DNA of 64,000 nt from Bigelowiella natans CCMP2755. Lineage: Eukaryota > Protista > Cercozoa. The stretch covers positions 1 through 64,000 of the forward strand of contig ADNK01000096.1 in assembly GCA_000320545.1 (NCBI GenBank), in the 5' to 3' direction. A program made the translations under genes and the position numbers. Below are positions 38,421 through 54,000 of this stretch, one piece after another. The notes under the pieces were generated by a model, which had not been told where the DNA came from, did not search any database, and worked only from the letters and a program-made list of their open reading frames with translations. Position 1 is the stretch's first letter, and every line of letters begins with the position of its first letter.

Positions 38421-38932
38421 ATGAAGACGGGTCGCCGATGCCGCCCACGCATCATCTATCTATTCTCGTCCTTCCTCTTCACAGCATTGGTTCGATACGC
38501 AGTCTTCGGTAGTTTGGCTAATGAAACAGTTTTGAGGGGGGAGATGACTAGCGACGCTTCCGTGGAAGGTGGCGGCCACATTCCAATAGGGTCTGATGAC
38601 GATCTGGATTCGGTAGGTGTGATGATAGTTTTCATTCGTGCTGAAAACGCAACAGCAGTAGTAGCAGGCAGCAACAACAACAACAAACTCGGTAACCTGT
38701 CTCAAAAAATGAACTGTAAAATAGGATCGCGATGGTCAACACGTGTTTATGGGCGATGAGCTCTCTGGGAATGATGCTGCAGGAAAAAGAGTTGGAGATC
38801 ATCATCCTGAAAATGAATGGGATAGTAGCTTTGATGAAGCATTTGACGATGATGACAAGTATTTTCGCCAAGAACAATCGCCCCATGTTTTTCGGCAGGT
38901 TAAAGTTGCTTTTAATTTAACCAAGTATATAC

Positions 38933-38988
<56 letters not shown>

Positions 38989-40941
38989 GTGTGTGTGTGT
39001 GTGTGTACAATAACGACAACTTCTTTGAAAGGAAAGAGACGAGGCGAGGCAAAGGCAGCACAATCGCAAGATAGAGAAAGAGGGTGCAGGGCCTCTTACT
39101 CAAGCAGATCTGCAAGGCCTTCCAACCGATCTCTCAGAAAATTGGATGCCTTCAGATTCCGAGCTTGACATCCGTACATTTCGACTGAATAATAGCACAA
39201 ATCGGCATGTATTGTTTGTAAAACTATCAACAGTATTATTTTCCATCATCATTTAATAGCAGCCGTCGTCGTTGTACACTATGGTTCACTCCTCGGTATC
39301 AAACTGCATACATTTTCTATCAGCCAATAAGCATGATGATAGCTGCTGCTTTGAGCGAGGGACCGAAGACCTATTTGATGAGGACCGCATTGAACGTTGC
39401 CGCAGAAGGGGATTGCCTCTTCCCCCATCAAGACAATTCGTGTCTGCCCATAGCAACACCTCACTGTTATTTCCCGATGTTCCTGAGGAGCCCGACCTTG
39501 AACCGTAATACCTTTTGTTGTTTTTATGCATTCTACCACCATCGTAATAATCGGATTGTACATATTGTTTGCATACTGAAGGGGGTCCTACGCAGGGGGG
39601 TGGGGAACAGACGCCAACTCCAAATTCGATGTAAATTCACGTAGCTTAGCAAAATAAGCGTGGTGTGTCCTACTACTGATGAGAGAGCAAGTTTCAAGTA
39701 TGCGATGAGAAGTTTGTGGATTTTTAAATGAATGCCCCTTCCCCCCCCCAGGTCAAGATGAAAGAAGAAGAGCTGAATGGTAACGTGTTCTCTAACAATC
39801 TGAACGATAATAGATCAACATTTTTAAACATCCGAAATTCTGACAGGACAACATTATAAGCGACCGGAGTGGGCTCCGTTCGGTCCATTTCAGATTCCAA
39901 GAGAAGTTGTTTCTGACATAGAGGTGATGATGTGTGTGTATGTTGTAGCAGCAGGAAGTAGTAATGGGCAATCAAATAGAAGGCGTAGTACCTTGCATCA
40001 ACGCTAAATCCTAGCACATGCGTCAGCACACATACGCACAAACACACACACACACACACACACACGCATTCGGATGGAATAGGTATCAGGGTTGAAGATA
40101 CTACTTTCCCTTGTTATTAATGATACGAACAAACCTCTCACAGGACAACCTCAGACGCATGCAATTGAATGAATGGAGACGCGAATTCGACAAACGTGGT
40201 CCACTACCCTCCCGCAGAAGTAATAAGTATTATCATCAATGATGATGATGATGATGACGATGACGATGACGATGATGGTGACAACGAACGATGCTGGGAC
40301 CCACCAGAAATACTGTGATCATCAAAGGCGATGAGGCCTAATTTCTTCTTTGTTTTTGAATTGAATTAATTCACGACGATTCGTCGGCTAGGATACGCTG
40401 TTGAAGATCTTCCTGGTGAATATATGCACCCCAAGGACTCAGGCCCGGTAGTAGTAGTAGTAGTAGTAGTTGTTGTTGTTGTAGTAGTAGCACCACGTGT
40501 TACAATAGCCATCGATGAACGATTGGAAGATGATGATGATGATGATGATGATGATGGTGATGGTGATGATGGCGATACCATCCTGGTGGCGATTACTGTG
40601 CAAGCCGGTGATGGTGACATGGGTAGGGATTCCGATGAATGTTTTGAATTGTTATAATTCAACGGCATCAGAGAAATCGCGGTCGGTTATCATTATTGTG
40701 TATACTTGTCTCTACTCTCTCCCCATCCCATAGCCATCCATAACCTTCCATCCAACTCCCTTTTCAGTGGAGGGGGCCATGGCTGCCGCTATCCTTCTAC
40801 CCGAAAACGAACAAAACATGGAACACAACTGCCATTATATGCGACGGCTGGAAATCATTCTTCAAGGCTTTTCCAGAGGTCTTTTTGCTGCGGCAGGTAG
40901 GGATTATTACCATTCTGTCCACGTTCCTTTGTACCACGCGT

Positions 40942-40994
<53 letters not shown>

Positions 40995-41211
40995 TGTTGT
41001 TTGGTTAAAGTTCAACTTCTATCGTCGGCCATATGTCCGCTACTCCCCAGCGCTGTCGTTTGTGACCGCGTTGTCGCAGCTTCCTAAGAACATGCAACCG
41101 GGGGCTGCTTTCAGAAAGGCCAAAGCAAAGGAACTCAAGGTGGTGTTTCTGGTTTTAATAGAATGTGATTAGTATTACCCCCTCGATAACTTATTCTGAA
41201 GCCGGTGCGCA

Positions 41212-41247
<36 letters not shown>

Positions 41248-41543
41248 TGTTTGGGCGTGCATATGGCGCATTTGTCTCATCTTCTTCTTGTTGTTCTTGA
41301 TGTTCTTCTTGTTCTTGTTATTGGCTAATGATTTAAACTAGTAGCCATGATCTGTACTGTACGCTACTTCTCCATAATGTTACTTACTTACTGCATCATC
41401 ATAGGAACGAGGACCCGTCCGAGTCTTCCATGTACCTCCTGCCGAAACGGTTACAAGGAAAGGGAGATGGAGAAGACGGGGGGAGGGAGGGAGGGGGGGG
41501 GGGGGGATTCCAAACACCCACCGAGAAACGCGTAATAGCTCTT

Positions 41544-41579
<36 letters not shown>

Positions 41580-41914
41580 GCGCTCTCTTTCTAGTAAAAG
41601 GAGAATTCAATCATATTATATATATATATTATATATAATATATATATTCAAAAATGCTAATAATTGATTTATTCTTCTGGGCATGCTTATGCTGTTATCA
41701 TTTACGCCGACGAGTAGGTGCACCTGTATCTAGTGGGGGCTGGAATCAAGGAAAGAGATTCGTTTGAAAGCGGCGGGTAAGACGTCAGTGCGTGCTAATA
41801 TTGGCGATTTAATATCTACTCTCATCGTCGCTCCAATTTTTTTTTTTACACGGAAGAAAACAGCGGATCAAGCATTCGCACTTACACTTACACACACACA
41901 CACACACACATAGA

Positions 41915-41959
<45 letters not shown>

Positions 41960-43154
41960 GCGCGTACGCGTCCGCGCGTGATCTTTCATTCCCCAATAAT
42001 CTCTATTCTTAACACTGCTGTCGTCTTGTCACATAATAACACCACCGTTTGTTGTTGATGATGATGACGATGTCGTCGCTGCAGCTTCCAGATGCTTGCT
42101 GGCGCATTTCCTGATGTATATCGATGGGAAATAGAGTTTATTGGGCCTGAGGTCGGTCGGTGTAGCTAGCAGCTATGGTCATGCCTACTACAGGATAATG
42201 ATAATGATGATGATGATGATGGTGATTATGGTGATTATGGTGATTATGGGGCAGTTCTAAAGCGGCTGTTGGCGCTGTGGAATATATCAACACCAGCATT
42301 TACGTGTACCATGCATGTATGTGTATGTATGTATGTATGTATGTATGTATGTATTCCTACCACGCAAGCTTACAGTGGGGAGATAGAGGTGATAATAATG
42401 CACAGAGAGACATCGGCATGATGATGATGAGATGAGGAAGTTAAGTAACTATTAGTGTGTGTGTGTGTGTGTATGTGTGTGTAACAAGGAGAAAACGTTC
42501 TGTTTGGTTTTTGTGGAAAGGCGGATTTATGCGGATCGCTGCCCTACTCACCTGGCAAGTTTCAAACGCTGGTTTACCCTGACACGTAAGCATAACGTGC
42601 ATATTTATATGTCTTATTTCCATGCGTAGAGAAGGTATTCAGTAACATAGGAGCTATTAGAACATCGAACGCTATGCGAAAGCGAGCAGTTCCCATGATT
42701 CCTCCCGTCGTCTTTGCGTGTGCATTGTCTCTGTGTTATAAGCGTGCCCCTTGTTTCTATCTATCGCTGCCCAGTGCATGCCGACGCGACTCCATGATCT
42801 TTTTCTCTTTCTTCCTATACTTATTCTCCTTGCATTGATTCCATCCCATTCAAAAGCTGGAACAGATACGCCGAAGAGGACATTGGAGGGTACCCAGATT
42901 TCCACCCTGACTCGCAAACGGATGATCTGGGGGAACCGCAGGCTAAACATGAGAGGGAAGACTGGCAAGTGAAGGTAAATACCCAGTAACACGACGATGA
43001 TAGTAATCGGTGATGACAGCAATAAAACCGATTCATGATGATGATGATGATGATGATGATGGATTATCAGGTGAAATCGCATTTTGTAATCGGGTGCTGG
43101 ACTGGTATGGGTGTCATTGCGGACTCATGGGTTATAATTGTTGTAGTAGAAGTT

Positions 43155-43185
<31 letters not shown>

Positions 43186-43221
43186 CGATGTTGATGATGT
43201 GCCAGCCAGTGTGTATATCAG

Positions 43222-43257
<36 letters not shown>

Positions 43258-45492
43258 AGACCCTACAAAATCAATCAATCGCCCCCCATCTCCACCTCCT
43301 CCTCCCCCCCCCCCTCCTCCTTCTCCGCAATCGTAACAATATCCCCAAATGACGGGATTAGAAAAACAACAAAGCCTATTCACACGCACAAGCTCCGTCC
43401 TCCCTCATCAGCCTTTCTGCTGCTGCTGCTGCTGCTTGCAAGCAAGCTGGGATATCAGTTTCACCCCCCCAGTGAATGGCCTTCATTGTCGGTGGAAAAA
43501 TACCAATGATGTATATCTTGCTCTATTCTTCTTGTTATCCAGATGGAAAGTCTCCCGTCGCTACTGAACTCAAACATGCCGATGTGCTTACTCTCATACG
43601 ATATGTATGAGGTTGAGGTAGCAGCAGCTGCTGCTGCTGCAGCCGTGAGTGAGAGAAGATGATAGCACTCCCTCCCCCCCCCCCCCCATTTGCATGCTGA
43701 ATAATAGCTTCCATCGGGTCTTTTCGGAAGGAACCGGGAAAAGGGGGCAGGGGGTGTGATCTCTCTTCACTAGCGTCAAAGCAATCTCCCGCATGAATGC
43801 CTTTTGCACTCCAATAAACGTGCTGTAATCGGAGTTTATGATGTTCGTGTTGTTGTTGTTGTTGTTGCTGTCGCATAGGGCGAGAGAAGGCTGATCTCGT
43901 CACTTGGGGGACAGGAGCTGCGGTGTAGTAGCAATGCTAACGACGACGGCAATGGGGACTGTGGCGGAGTCGTGAGCTGCTATAACGATTCCTCTACTTC
44001 CTCGATCTTCAGAGACTTGTTTGCAAGGGGGGAAGAGGCTGAGGAGGTGGGGAGACCGAACCTCGTCATTCTTCTCTCAACTTACCCTTCTTTTAAGTCC
44101 CCTCTAAATGCATGCGCGAGTGATCTCAAACGGATTTAGCAAGCGTATTTGTTCTATTGCCTGTTGAACGTATCGTTCGTCAATGCTCATTTCTGCATCC
44201 TTCTCCCCTTTTCCCTTGCAGGAAGCTGCAAATCTCCCAGGAGATCCGTGGCTGAACATGACGCAGATAAAGCAATATTACCTTGATCATTACTACGAGT
44301 CGGCCTCTGACCACACAGGGGTAATAATAATAAGGGAATGAGTGTTTATTACATGCTGATGGTAGATGCTTGCATATGACGATCATAGCGGAGAAGATGG
44401 TGTTCATGAACCCTACCTACCGCCATTCCTGCAAAATAGCTAAATATAACTACAATCCGCATGTTGATGTTTTCATCATCATCATCATCATCATCATTAT
44501 CATCATCATTATCATTTACTACTGCTTATTTATTATCGGGACAAGGTCGATGCAGCTACGAGCTCCGATGGCCGTCCAAAGAACCTTCAGCCAGGGGACG
44601 TTATACGGAACATACGATGTGGTTGCTGCGGAGAGAAAGTTGGCGAGATCCAGCTCGAGGTAGTACGATAATGAGCTGAGAAGTGTGATATTGACGGCAT
44701 GATGATGATGATGATGATGATGATGATGCTGATGCTGATGCTGATGAGGATTGGTATTCCTGCTGATGGATAAGATACCTACCAGAAATGCGTCTTCCTC
44801 TCCAAAACATGCAATTTTACAAATAAACTTTAACAATTCCACGAACACGAAATTTGGTGGTGCTTTGATTGGGGAAGCAGTCGCAGCATCTATTGACGAT
44901 CGAAATCCCATTCATCCCCTCGCCTAATCAACAGCCTTATCCACGGCCAGAGCCAGACATTGAGGAGTTTCGCCTCCAGCGCGAATACAGACGTATCTGG
45001 AAGAAGTGTGGATGCATAGGTGCAAACGCGTTAATAGTAGTAGTAGAAGTAGTAGTAGTAGTAGTAGTTAGTAGTTATGGCCATCGAGCAGCACATGTCG
45101 CAATGGCACCACCCGCAATGCTATCTAAGCTATCACGTTGCTTTCGCATTTTTTTCACGGGTTTGTAATCGATGCCCTCACCCGCCGATCCCTCTGAGGC
45201 CATTCGTTTGTCGATATATAGGGGAAAATGGCGGTCGCATTTATACGGACAAGGAGGTGATGGCGAAGCTGCAAGAAACATATGATCCCATCATGGCAAA
45301 GCAGGCGTTCAAATACATTAAGGAAGGAGAGCTCGAGCCAACCGCAGCGCCAACACCACCAACAACAACGGACAGGTGCTAGCTTGCAAGCAGCGTTATT
45401 TATTTCATTCACGTTGTCGTTAACTTCTAACAGCATTGGCGGTGTAGTGGACTCATCATGTTTTCAGTACCGTCGAGCAATCATACCGATTC

Positions 45493-45591
<99 letters not shown>

Positions 45592-46970
45592 CAAGCATCT
45601 GCTCCAACCGCCAATTAGTGTGTGCATTCATCATCGTCATCACCATCACCATCACCATCATCATCATCATCATCCTAACAATGTGTGGTTGGGATAAAGG
45701 TGGTTTGACGAAGAGATCTCAAACGTGCAGCCGTCTCCCATATGGCCTGGGGCACAGGAGGTGCTCGAGCTCTCACACGCCAACTTCGACACGAGATCAT
45801 CCCCCCCCCCCACTGCTCTGCCTGCTGCTGGTTCTGCTAAAAGCGACGGCAGTAGAGGGAGGCTGAGACGGCGTGCGAGAAGGCTTTTACGGCATTCAAT
45901 GAAGGCAAGAGCTTTGAGGGAGGGGATGGAGCAAGGGGTGCCACTGCGATGTGGAAAGAAGTTTGACCCTGAAGATGAGAGTTATGAGGTAGTAGCAATA
46001 GTAGTTACTAGTAATAGTAGTAGCCAGTGGTAGTAGTAGTAGTAGAGGACTATGGTGTTCCTTATTCGAGCCTCTGCATTCTATGTACGTCCTCAGTTCT
46101 ATGGGTGTTGTTGTTTTGTACCACCGTATGGTGCTTCTTCATTCATTCTCTCGTGATGTGTTATTATAGGCGAAGGAGGAGGCAAGAACGGCGTACCTCA
46201 ATCGATGGAACCGAACGTTCGACGTTGATGTATGTAGTGTTTGTTGATTAGAGGGGGGGGGGCGGCTACAACGATATAAGAATAAGGAAGAATAAGAATA
46301 TGTGTAGAGTCGGGAAGAATAAGAGGGACGTGTATGCAAACAACTCGCTGATTATAAGCTATAAATAGGTATGTTTCATGTTCGTGTTTGTGTGTTGGTG
46401 TGCGCGAGTACATATCGCTTGCGCTTTTAAAGATGATTCTCCGCTACGTGTCTTGTTCTTCTAGGTGCCTCCCGGTGGATATGGATGGTGGATTCGAGGC
46501 AGCAAGTACACAAAGAGAGAAATGGAACGGTTGGCTCTTGCAGGCTTAGAGGCGAGCCGTCGTGTAGGAGGAAGCAACCTTGGGGTAACAGTAGCGTGTG
46601 TTTGTGTATGTGTGTGTGTTTGTGTGTGTGTTTGTGTATTCTTGTGTGAAAAGATGATCTCTTCTCCAAATCCATGATTTCTTGTAGACGTAAAAGGCAC
46701 AACAACAATCGCAATAACAATAATAGACTATCATACCGCTACCACCATTCGCAGGCTATCCTTGATGGAATCGAAAGGTCTAAGCAAGAGCAGACCAAAG
46801 AAAGCATGCAAACCGTACACGGGCGCCCGAGAATCAGAGATCAGCGCAGACGATGGGTGCATCCACCGAATGGACGACCCCGGTGGGTTGGGACAGATTT
46901 GTTGCAAGCTCAGGCTAAGAACCTCCAGTTCAAGGAGCTTCAAGAAGACTATGGCCGCATAAAAAGCTAA
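38421..46970 (+). CDS. Large multi-exon gene (possibly two) with N-terminal signal/anchor and an MSS51-like C-terminal-type domain
   Basis: MKTGRRCRPRIIYLFSSFLFTALV; VHLYLVGAGIKE (~41720), FQMLAGAFPDVYRWEIEFIGPE (~42090), MESLPSLLNSNMPMCLLSYDMYE (~43545). Final exon is ORF 46674..46970. Confidence 0.5.
38931..39007. repeat. Compound (AT)n(GT)n intronic microsatellite, representative of dozens in the window
   Basis: Direct reading. Similar tracts at 1-60, 178-235, 10278-10375, 21447-21485, 32720-32755, 33137-33195, 41890-41955 and 45496-45580. Confidence 0.95.
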
Positions 46971-47735
46971 GCTCGTCTTTCTATGCATGCCTCATGCCGC
47001 GCCACTGAGAGATTGAATAACATGCGCAACGTACGTAGACTGGATGATATTCACTGATATACATCAATCGCAAACACCGCAGCTAGGATGCATAGTCCGC
47101 TATGTACGCGCATTGTAATCTATGTAATAAGTATGAATGTGGACTGCGTGGTGCTCAAAATTGGGCTAAAATGTGAAAACATCTAGAGCATATATGGCTA
47201 GTTGCCCAAAGTGGGGTAGCAAAATTGAATAGCCTCATGATTTTATTATTGAGGCTATCAAGACTCTCGTTGCGCTGCCACTAAAAAATATGCTATGTAC
47301 ATCGGATGGGTCTCCGCCTATAAGGGTACGCTTTGCCGCAGCATATGCCGAAACATATGTGTGGATATGTGCATTACTTCGTAGCAGTCATGTCGCATGC
47401 AGAATAGCCTGTCCAATTTCTATCATCCATGTAGCTGGGACCTCAACCACATCCGTCTATGGCTGTACATACGAGACGTGAGTCTTTGTAATCTTCATTT
47501 TATATTTGCATGGGCATCATCAATACTTGGATAGTTGCTCTAGCTGCGCGTAGCCCTATTGATAGTCTGATTGGAAGATCTAGCAGCATTCTTAAAAAGA
47601 TCGTCGCACTTCACGACGCAATCGTTTGGATGTTTGACATCTTTGAAGGTTTCTCCCATGGCTGAAAAGGCGAAACGCTGACACATGACCTAATGAGCGA
47701 GGTAAAATCATTTATTTATTTGTATATTAATAAAG

Positions 47736-47769
<34 letters not shown>

Positions 47770-48031
47770 ATTTATGTGTGTATGTTTGTATTAGTTTATT
47801 TGCGCAGATGTAGTCATTTGTTTGTTCATGCTAATGAGACCTTGCATTCTTCGGATGATTTCGGCTCGCTAGTTGTAACTTTCACCTAGCAGGTTGTTAG
47901 TTGCCGATTAAAATTTGGTAGATGAATTATTGTCCGTAAATCAAGACCTGTCCTAAGTTCTCTGAAACGAGTTTTTCGTCGGCTCGGTAAGCAAATGACG
48001 CTGAAATTTAATTAAAACGGCAGAGAAGATC

Positions 48032-51000
48032 ATGCAGCGTCCAATCTCCAGGGACGTTTTGGATCAATGCTCATCATCGAAATTTCTACGTCCTCTTTCT
48101 GCATCATCCTACTCATTTTGTGTTTGCAATATCGTTTTCATTACTACTTGGTCGACCTACTATTACTTTACTACTACTACTATTACTACTACTATTACTA
48201 CTATCACTACTTACTACGACTACTCCTACTACCAAGCGCCAAGCAACAGAGAGCGAGGATGACCGACGCCCATCGCATCCTGATTCAAAATTTCAAACAA
48301 ATAGCTCTTAGATATTCATAGCGAAAACGTCCTGTGTTTCAATCCTAATCTGAGGAAATGAAGCCGTTTTTAGGTTAAATTGAATGATCATGTCGCATTC
48401 TAAGAATGCTGGGGATTTTGCTGTTGAAAGAGCACACTTTTGGTGCTTTCTTCTTCCTCTGCCAATTTCCGACACGAGAACTCCTTGTTCTTAAGTTGGA
48501 GGGAGCAGAACGTGGGATTAATCCTTGGGGACCGTCATCAACAAGGCGTTGTCGCAATGTTGAAATAACCGATGACTTTTTGAATTACTTGGATTCCATC
48601 ACACGAGTTCGGTCTGAATATCTGGTAGCTTCCATCACAATCCAGCCAAGGGTGGAAGGACACGAATCACGTACAAATTCTACTCTACCAAGTCCCTGTT
48701 TCTTGTTAAAGGCATGGACCCGGCTCCTTTACACACTAGATCTAACGGGAAAGGAATCTGGTGAAGAAGAAGTGAACACCTCATTTCCTATTTGCTCAAT
48801 ACAGCTTTTCTGGAGAGTAGATGGAATCTTCAGCAGCAGCTCCAAAGGTTGAGGTTGATTGTTATGAGAATCAAAGATTCTGGCCAGCGGTGGGATGGTC
48901 AGGTTCCATGTTGCCGACGGATAGGTATCGCAAATTCGAAAAATTTCTGGCGGGAAAAATGAACAAACTAATTGTATTGAAGGTACTCATGGAGCAACAG
49001 AGATGGCAAGAAACAATTGAGGAAATCGGACTTTCCCCTTCCAAATGGTATACAAATCCATATAGTTCTGATAGATCAAAATCTTAGTCTCGGCCTATCA
49101 GGTTGGTGCTGGAAAATTGATAATAGCACGGACGAGGAAGGTTGGAAAATAGTAGCGAATAAGGTATTCAACTACAGTACACCAAACAAAATAGATGCTG
49201 ATACCTGCTTTTACATTAGTCAACCGATAAAAATGGATGGTCCTATGCGTTCGACTTTGGAAGTACGTTTCACCCGAGAGCTAGAGGTATGCCTCCCCAT
49301 CGTCAATGCTTTTCGATTTGTAACAGCTCATCATCCATCCTTACGTTGCTAGGATGTTTCGTTCGCACACGCAAATGGCTGCGAGTCCGCACCCTCGGTG
49401 TGTCAACAAAGACTTCCGCACTCTCGGTACAGGTCGTTGGCCAAGCATTACTTCGATCTTTTAAGGTATAATAATACTAATCGGGTTTTGTGTGACGAAC
49501 CGCAAAAGAATAAAATGAATAATTTTATGTCAGACGAGGACATTAACAACCGGCGGAATTTTCTCCAGAAAGACTCATAAACGATGCTTTCTAGCTTCAG
49601 AGGCTATTTCTTGGATGTTAGGTTATATTCACGCATTTGTTTCATGCCTGGCTAAATTCTGAAGATGCATTGTTCCAACACAGCGGAAAAGTACGCGAAC
49701 GATGAGAAAGAAGCATGTGAAACTGGGCAACAACTTGTCTTAAATCAGCTGTTTCGCCCGGTGAATCATAATCGACGGTTCCATAATAATAAAAATATGT
49801 TCCAGATTATGGACGTAACACCCTCTTCAGCCAGCTTCTATTTGATGACGTATGTGCTGCTCAACTATTACCTGTTGTTTCAAAAAGAGTCAGTCCCAGG
49901 ATTCGCTCAGATTATTTATTAAAATTGATGAATAAGCCTGTTGTTTCGGTCTGTCTTCCTTTTTAAAGAGCTCATCGAATACATAGGAGATATTTGAATA
50001 GCATTTCTTTCTCTGCTACCAATTGCCACTTGCCCATGATACATACACGAACCCCAAATCTGGTGTTTTAGGGCCAAGGATGCTTTGCTCAGGCTGATAC
50101 AGCACAGTGGCAGCAGCAGCAGCAGCAGCAGCAGTAACGATGAGTCCGTAGTAGTACAAATACCGGATGACTTTCTCAAGTGCCTACTAGAAGGTGTCTC
50201 AAAATTCATTGTCGAGAGCCAAGCTGCTGTCCTACCGCTTTATTACATTGTGGAGCCTATCGAGCCTCTCGTATCCCTGTAAGTGCGCCATCATCGAATT
50301 CTCGAAGAAGTAACAGCACAATCTGAGAGATGGTGTTGATTTTCTTAATCAGGCACTCGTACACCCAAGAAATAGTCAGAGTACTCCAGGAGTATGTATT
50401 CAAGGAAGGAGGAGAGTCAAAGTTAGCCCCCGAAGTGAAAGGAAGGTTGGTGGACCACGCCTGTAACTTATTCGGGGGGTTGGCTCTGGGATCAACGCCG
50501 CGAAACGTTTATGGGATCTCCATTGCATTACTCATGCTGCCAGAGATATTGAGCCTCCGCGTGTGTGCAATCAAGATACGATCTCAATCCGAAAATGAGG
50601 GGAGTAGCGCAAATACTGATCTCTCCCCTCAAGAAAGGGACAGAATAGACAAGATATTGCGAGGGACTCAAGGGGTACTAGAACTAAACGCGGTGACTGC
50701 GTGCTGCGTAGGCCCGCAAATCGATGCAGAGAACATAGAGATGCCCTGGCTGTCCACAGCTCTGCTCAAAGGCGGTATCGAGTACGAAGAACAACCTAGT
50801 AGTAGTAGTGGTAGTAGTAGTAGTAGTAGTAGAAGAAGAAGACCGACGGCGTCCTACCCGCCACACAATGCGAAGAAAACCTACGCACAGCTTGTTGAGT
50901 TGGTGGGCTCTCTAAACATCCAAGGACTTCGGAGACTGCGGAGAGACGCGCAGACAGAACGCAGCAAAGCGGCCAAAGAAAGAGAGCGTAAAGTAATTGG

Positions 51001-54000
51001 CGCCATTCTCTCCAGCGATGCAAAGACGGGTATCATCCAGCGCATTCAACGAACATCGAGGAGATTCACAGTAATGAAGGCTCACGGGGGGGCTGAGGCC
51101 TTGAACTCTATTAAAAGGGTTTTTGCGGCTGCCATTAAGCACTCTGGGGTGATAATCTCCTTGGGCGAGGAGATCACTACGGCGACCGAGGAGGAGGAGG
51201 AGAAGAAGAAGAAGAAGAAGAAGGCATCGAAAGACCTGGTGGAGATCTGGCGATTGGTGATGCAACCAATCACAGCCATAGCCAAATCGCTCAAGGATGG
51301 GGAAGAAACTGCAGTGGGGCAGTACTCCGATATCGAGAGCTTCTTTGAGCTAGTTATAGAGCGGGCTGATTTTCTCCTTAAGAATGTCGCTTCGTTCACA
51401 ACTACTGATGCGAAAGATGCAACAGTAACTATCGATGCCGCTTTTGCGAATACCCGATCTGTAACGGAATTTTGTACCAAATGCATCACTGAGATGCAAG
51501 AGTTCCAGAGGCTACCCAAAAGACTCGAGATTGAGAAAGTGAAGGGGTTATGCAGGCTTGCGGGAATATCGGCTGCGAAAGTCTCGATTAAGACCGAACT
51601 AACATACCTTGCGCGAGCTGAAGGAAATTCGAGACAAAAAAAATCCGAAACCATTCTCAAGCTGGCAACAATGCTGGTAGTATTGATACAGGCACGTTAT
51701 TATGTAGTCGAATAGTGAGCCTGCTGTCGGCTTTACCAGTCTGATCTATGAGTGTACGAGGACAACAATTATCATCAGTTTTCTCTTCTACATTTGTCTC
51801 GTTCGAACGATGTGGTCTGGACGATAATACCCTAATTAAAATCTATTTGTTTGTAATAAATCAGAACAAGTGTCTTCAAGAAGCCAAAGGAGCAGGCCCA
51901 GGAGGAGGAGGAGGAGGAGGAGGAGGAGGAGGAGTCTCTCAAGCAAAGGACTTGCTCCTTGGGTTGGAGTGCCCTGGATATCTTCTTGAGCAACGTATCA
52001 TCGCAACGTATCTTTGCACGTTGAGCACTCTGATGACAGCGGTTGGCACCTACAGATTTCGACAGGGAAATGTTCCCTTGCAAGTCCTGAAAGCCGCAAA
52101 TCTAGTGTTCAAAAAACAGTTTATCCCGCATATTCTCTCCTCAAATCTCCTGGATTTCCTTGTCCGGTACCTGCCGTTAGGGTTCTTGTGTTCTGGTAGC
52201 TCGGAGGAGGAGGAGGAGAAGGAGGATTCTCAACCAGTGACCAAATACCCAGATCAAGCCCCAAAAGCAGTGACTCTGGCCTGGAGCAGTTTTCAATCTA
52301 TATTTAAAGTCGCTGTAACCTCCTCCTCCTCCGCCTCCCCCACCACTTCCTCCTCCTCCGCGGTGCTACATCACAACAACTGTGACAGCAGCCCTCTGTT
52401 ATCTGGAGAGGCCGTCAAACTCCAGACGGCTTTACTTGGAGCTATAGCGAAGTACCTCAAGTCCCTCATCGATAGCGCAGGGTTCTCGAAGCTTGGAGCA
52501 GCAGCAGCATCTGACACAAAAGAAGCGAATGGAGAAGAAACCAGTGGCAGAATAGACGATGATGATGATGATGATGATGTAAGATGGAACCTTCCGGCAT
52601 CCCTTTGCACTATTGTTAATGCACGGAATTTATGGCTGATGCGAGCAGCCAGTGGTGGTGGTTCGCCTGCAAAAGGTGATGACGACATGATCTACCGGTC
52701 AAAACCCGGCTTGGGGGAGATCCTGTGTGCTGTGAGCCAGATGCTGCATCTCCTTCTGGAACATATACATCTTGATGGCGTGCTCAAAGAACTGGGGACT
52801 CATAAGTGGCTCTTGCTCATGTTGCGGCTCCTTCGGATACCACCACGTTACTTATCTGGCCCGTCGTCGTCGTCGTCGTCGTCCTCGAAATCCCTGTGTT
52901 ACCCCGATATTGTCAAGGCTGTATTTCCTTTTCAGTTGTGCCAGGTTCTTGTGATCAAGATCCTCCAAACGGTCCTACCCCGTACCCTTAGCAGAAAGCT
53001 TCCTGATGCAGTAGCCAGGGAGAGTCTCAACTACCTCAAGGCGAGATTGGGCCTATTCACATCGCCTCCTTTTGACACGCCCCCGAAATCCTCCTCCTCG
53101 CCGCAAGCATACACCTCGCTTCTCAGCATAGAGCGCGACAACGGTATCGATTCTCTGTGCAAGAGCGTTGAAAGCGCCTATGGTGGGTTGGTTAGCAGAG
53201 AGCAGTGCTTGCATCTTATTGGGGAAATACTGGCCAGTGGCAACGGCGCTGCAAGTGTGACTTCCGAAGCGGTATCACTCTTTAGGAGCATTGGGACGCC
53301 GATCTCCGTTGAAGTGTCGATTGATGGTGTATCATACGGCGCACTTCGCGGCTACTCCGACACCATCGCAGATTTCAAAAGCTTCAAATCAAGCCTCGGG
53401 GCTCATTTGGAGGAGAGCAGCCTTGATATTGCCACCCTCGATGTTAAGAACGGGGACGATCCAGCCGCATGGCCGTGGGCGAATCCCTCGATACAGACCA
53501 TTCCAAGCAAAAGCCTAGCTTTGCGGACAATTGAGAGTACATCGAAATCCTCTCTATTCTATGGTGACAGGGAGGGATCGATGGAAGGTAATCGAGCGGA
53601 TGGCGATGATGTCAAAGAATCTTCGGAAATAATCGGAGAAGCAGTAGTAGCGAGCAGACAGAGTGACAAATCAGAAACCAAAGGAGCCACCAGCACCTGG
53701 TGCTCTCTTTTAAATGATATGATCTGCTCGGATTTAGAGAACCTATCAACCCCCAACGACCGGGGAGGCAACGGCCTATTGGACGCCATATTCCGCCTTG
53801 AAAAGGAAGAAAGCCGTGAGACGAAGCAAAAGCTGGCCAAGAAAATGATCGAGGTTTCGGGTTCCCTCGCTATCCTGGCGGGGTGCTGGCTGCCGGGAGC
53901 TGATGGGACTCGAGTACAAGTAAAACTGCCAAGCGGAGTAGAGTTTGGGATTGTGCACGCAGTGCGCACAGGAGGGGGCATCGCGATGAAGCTCGGCACC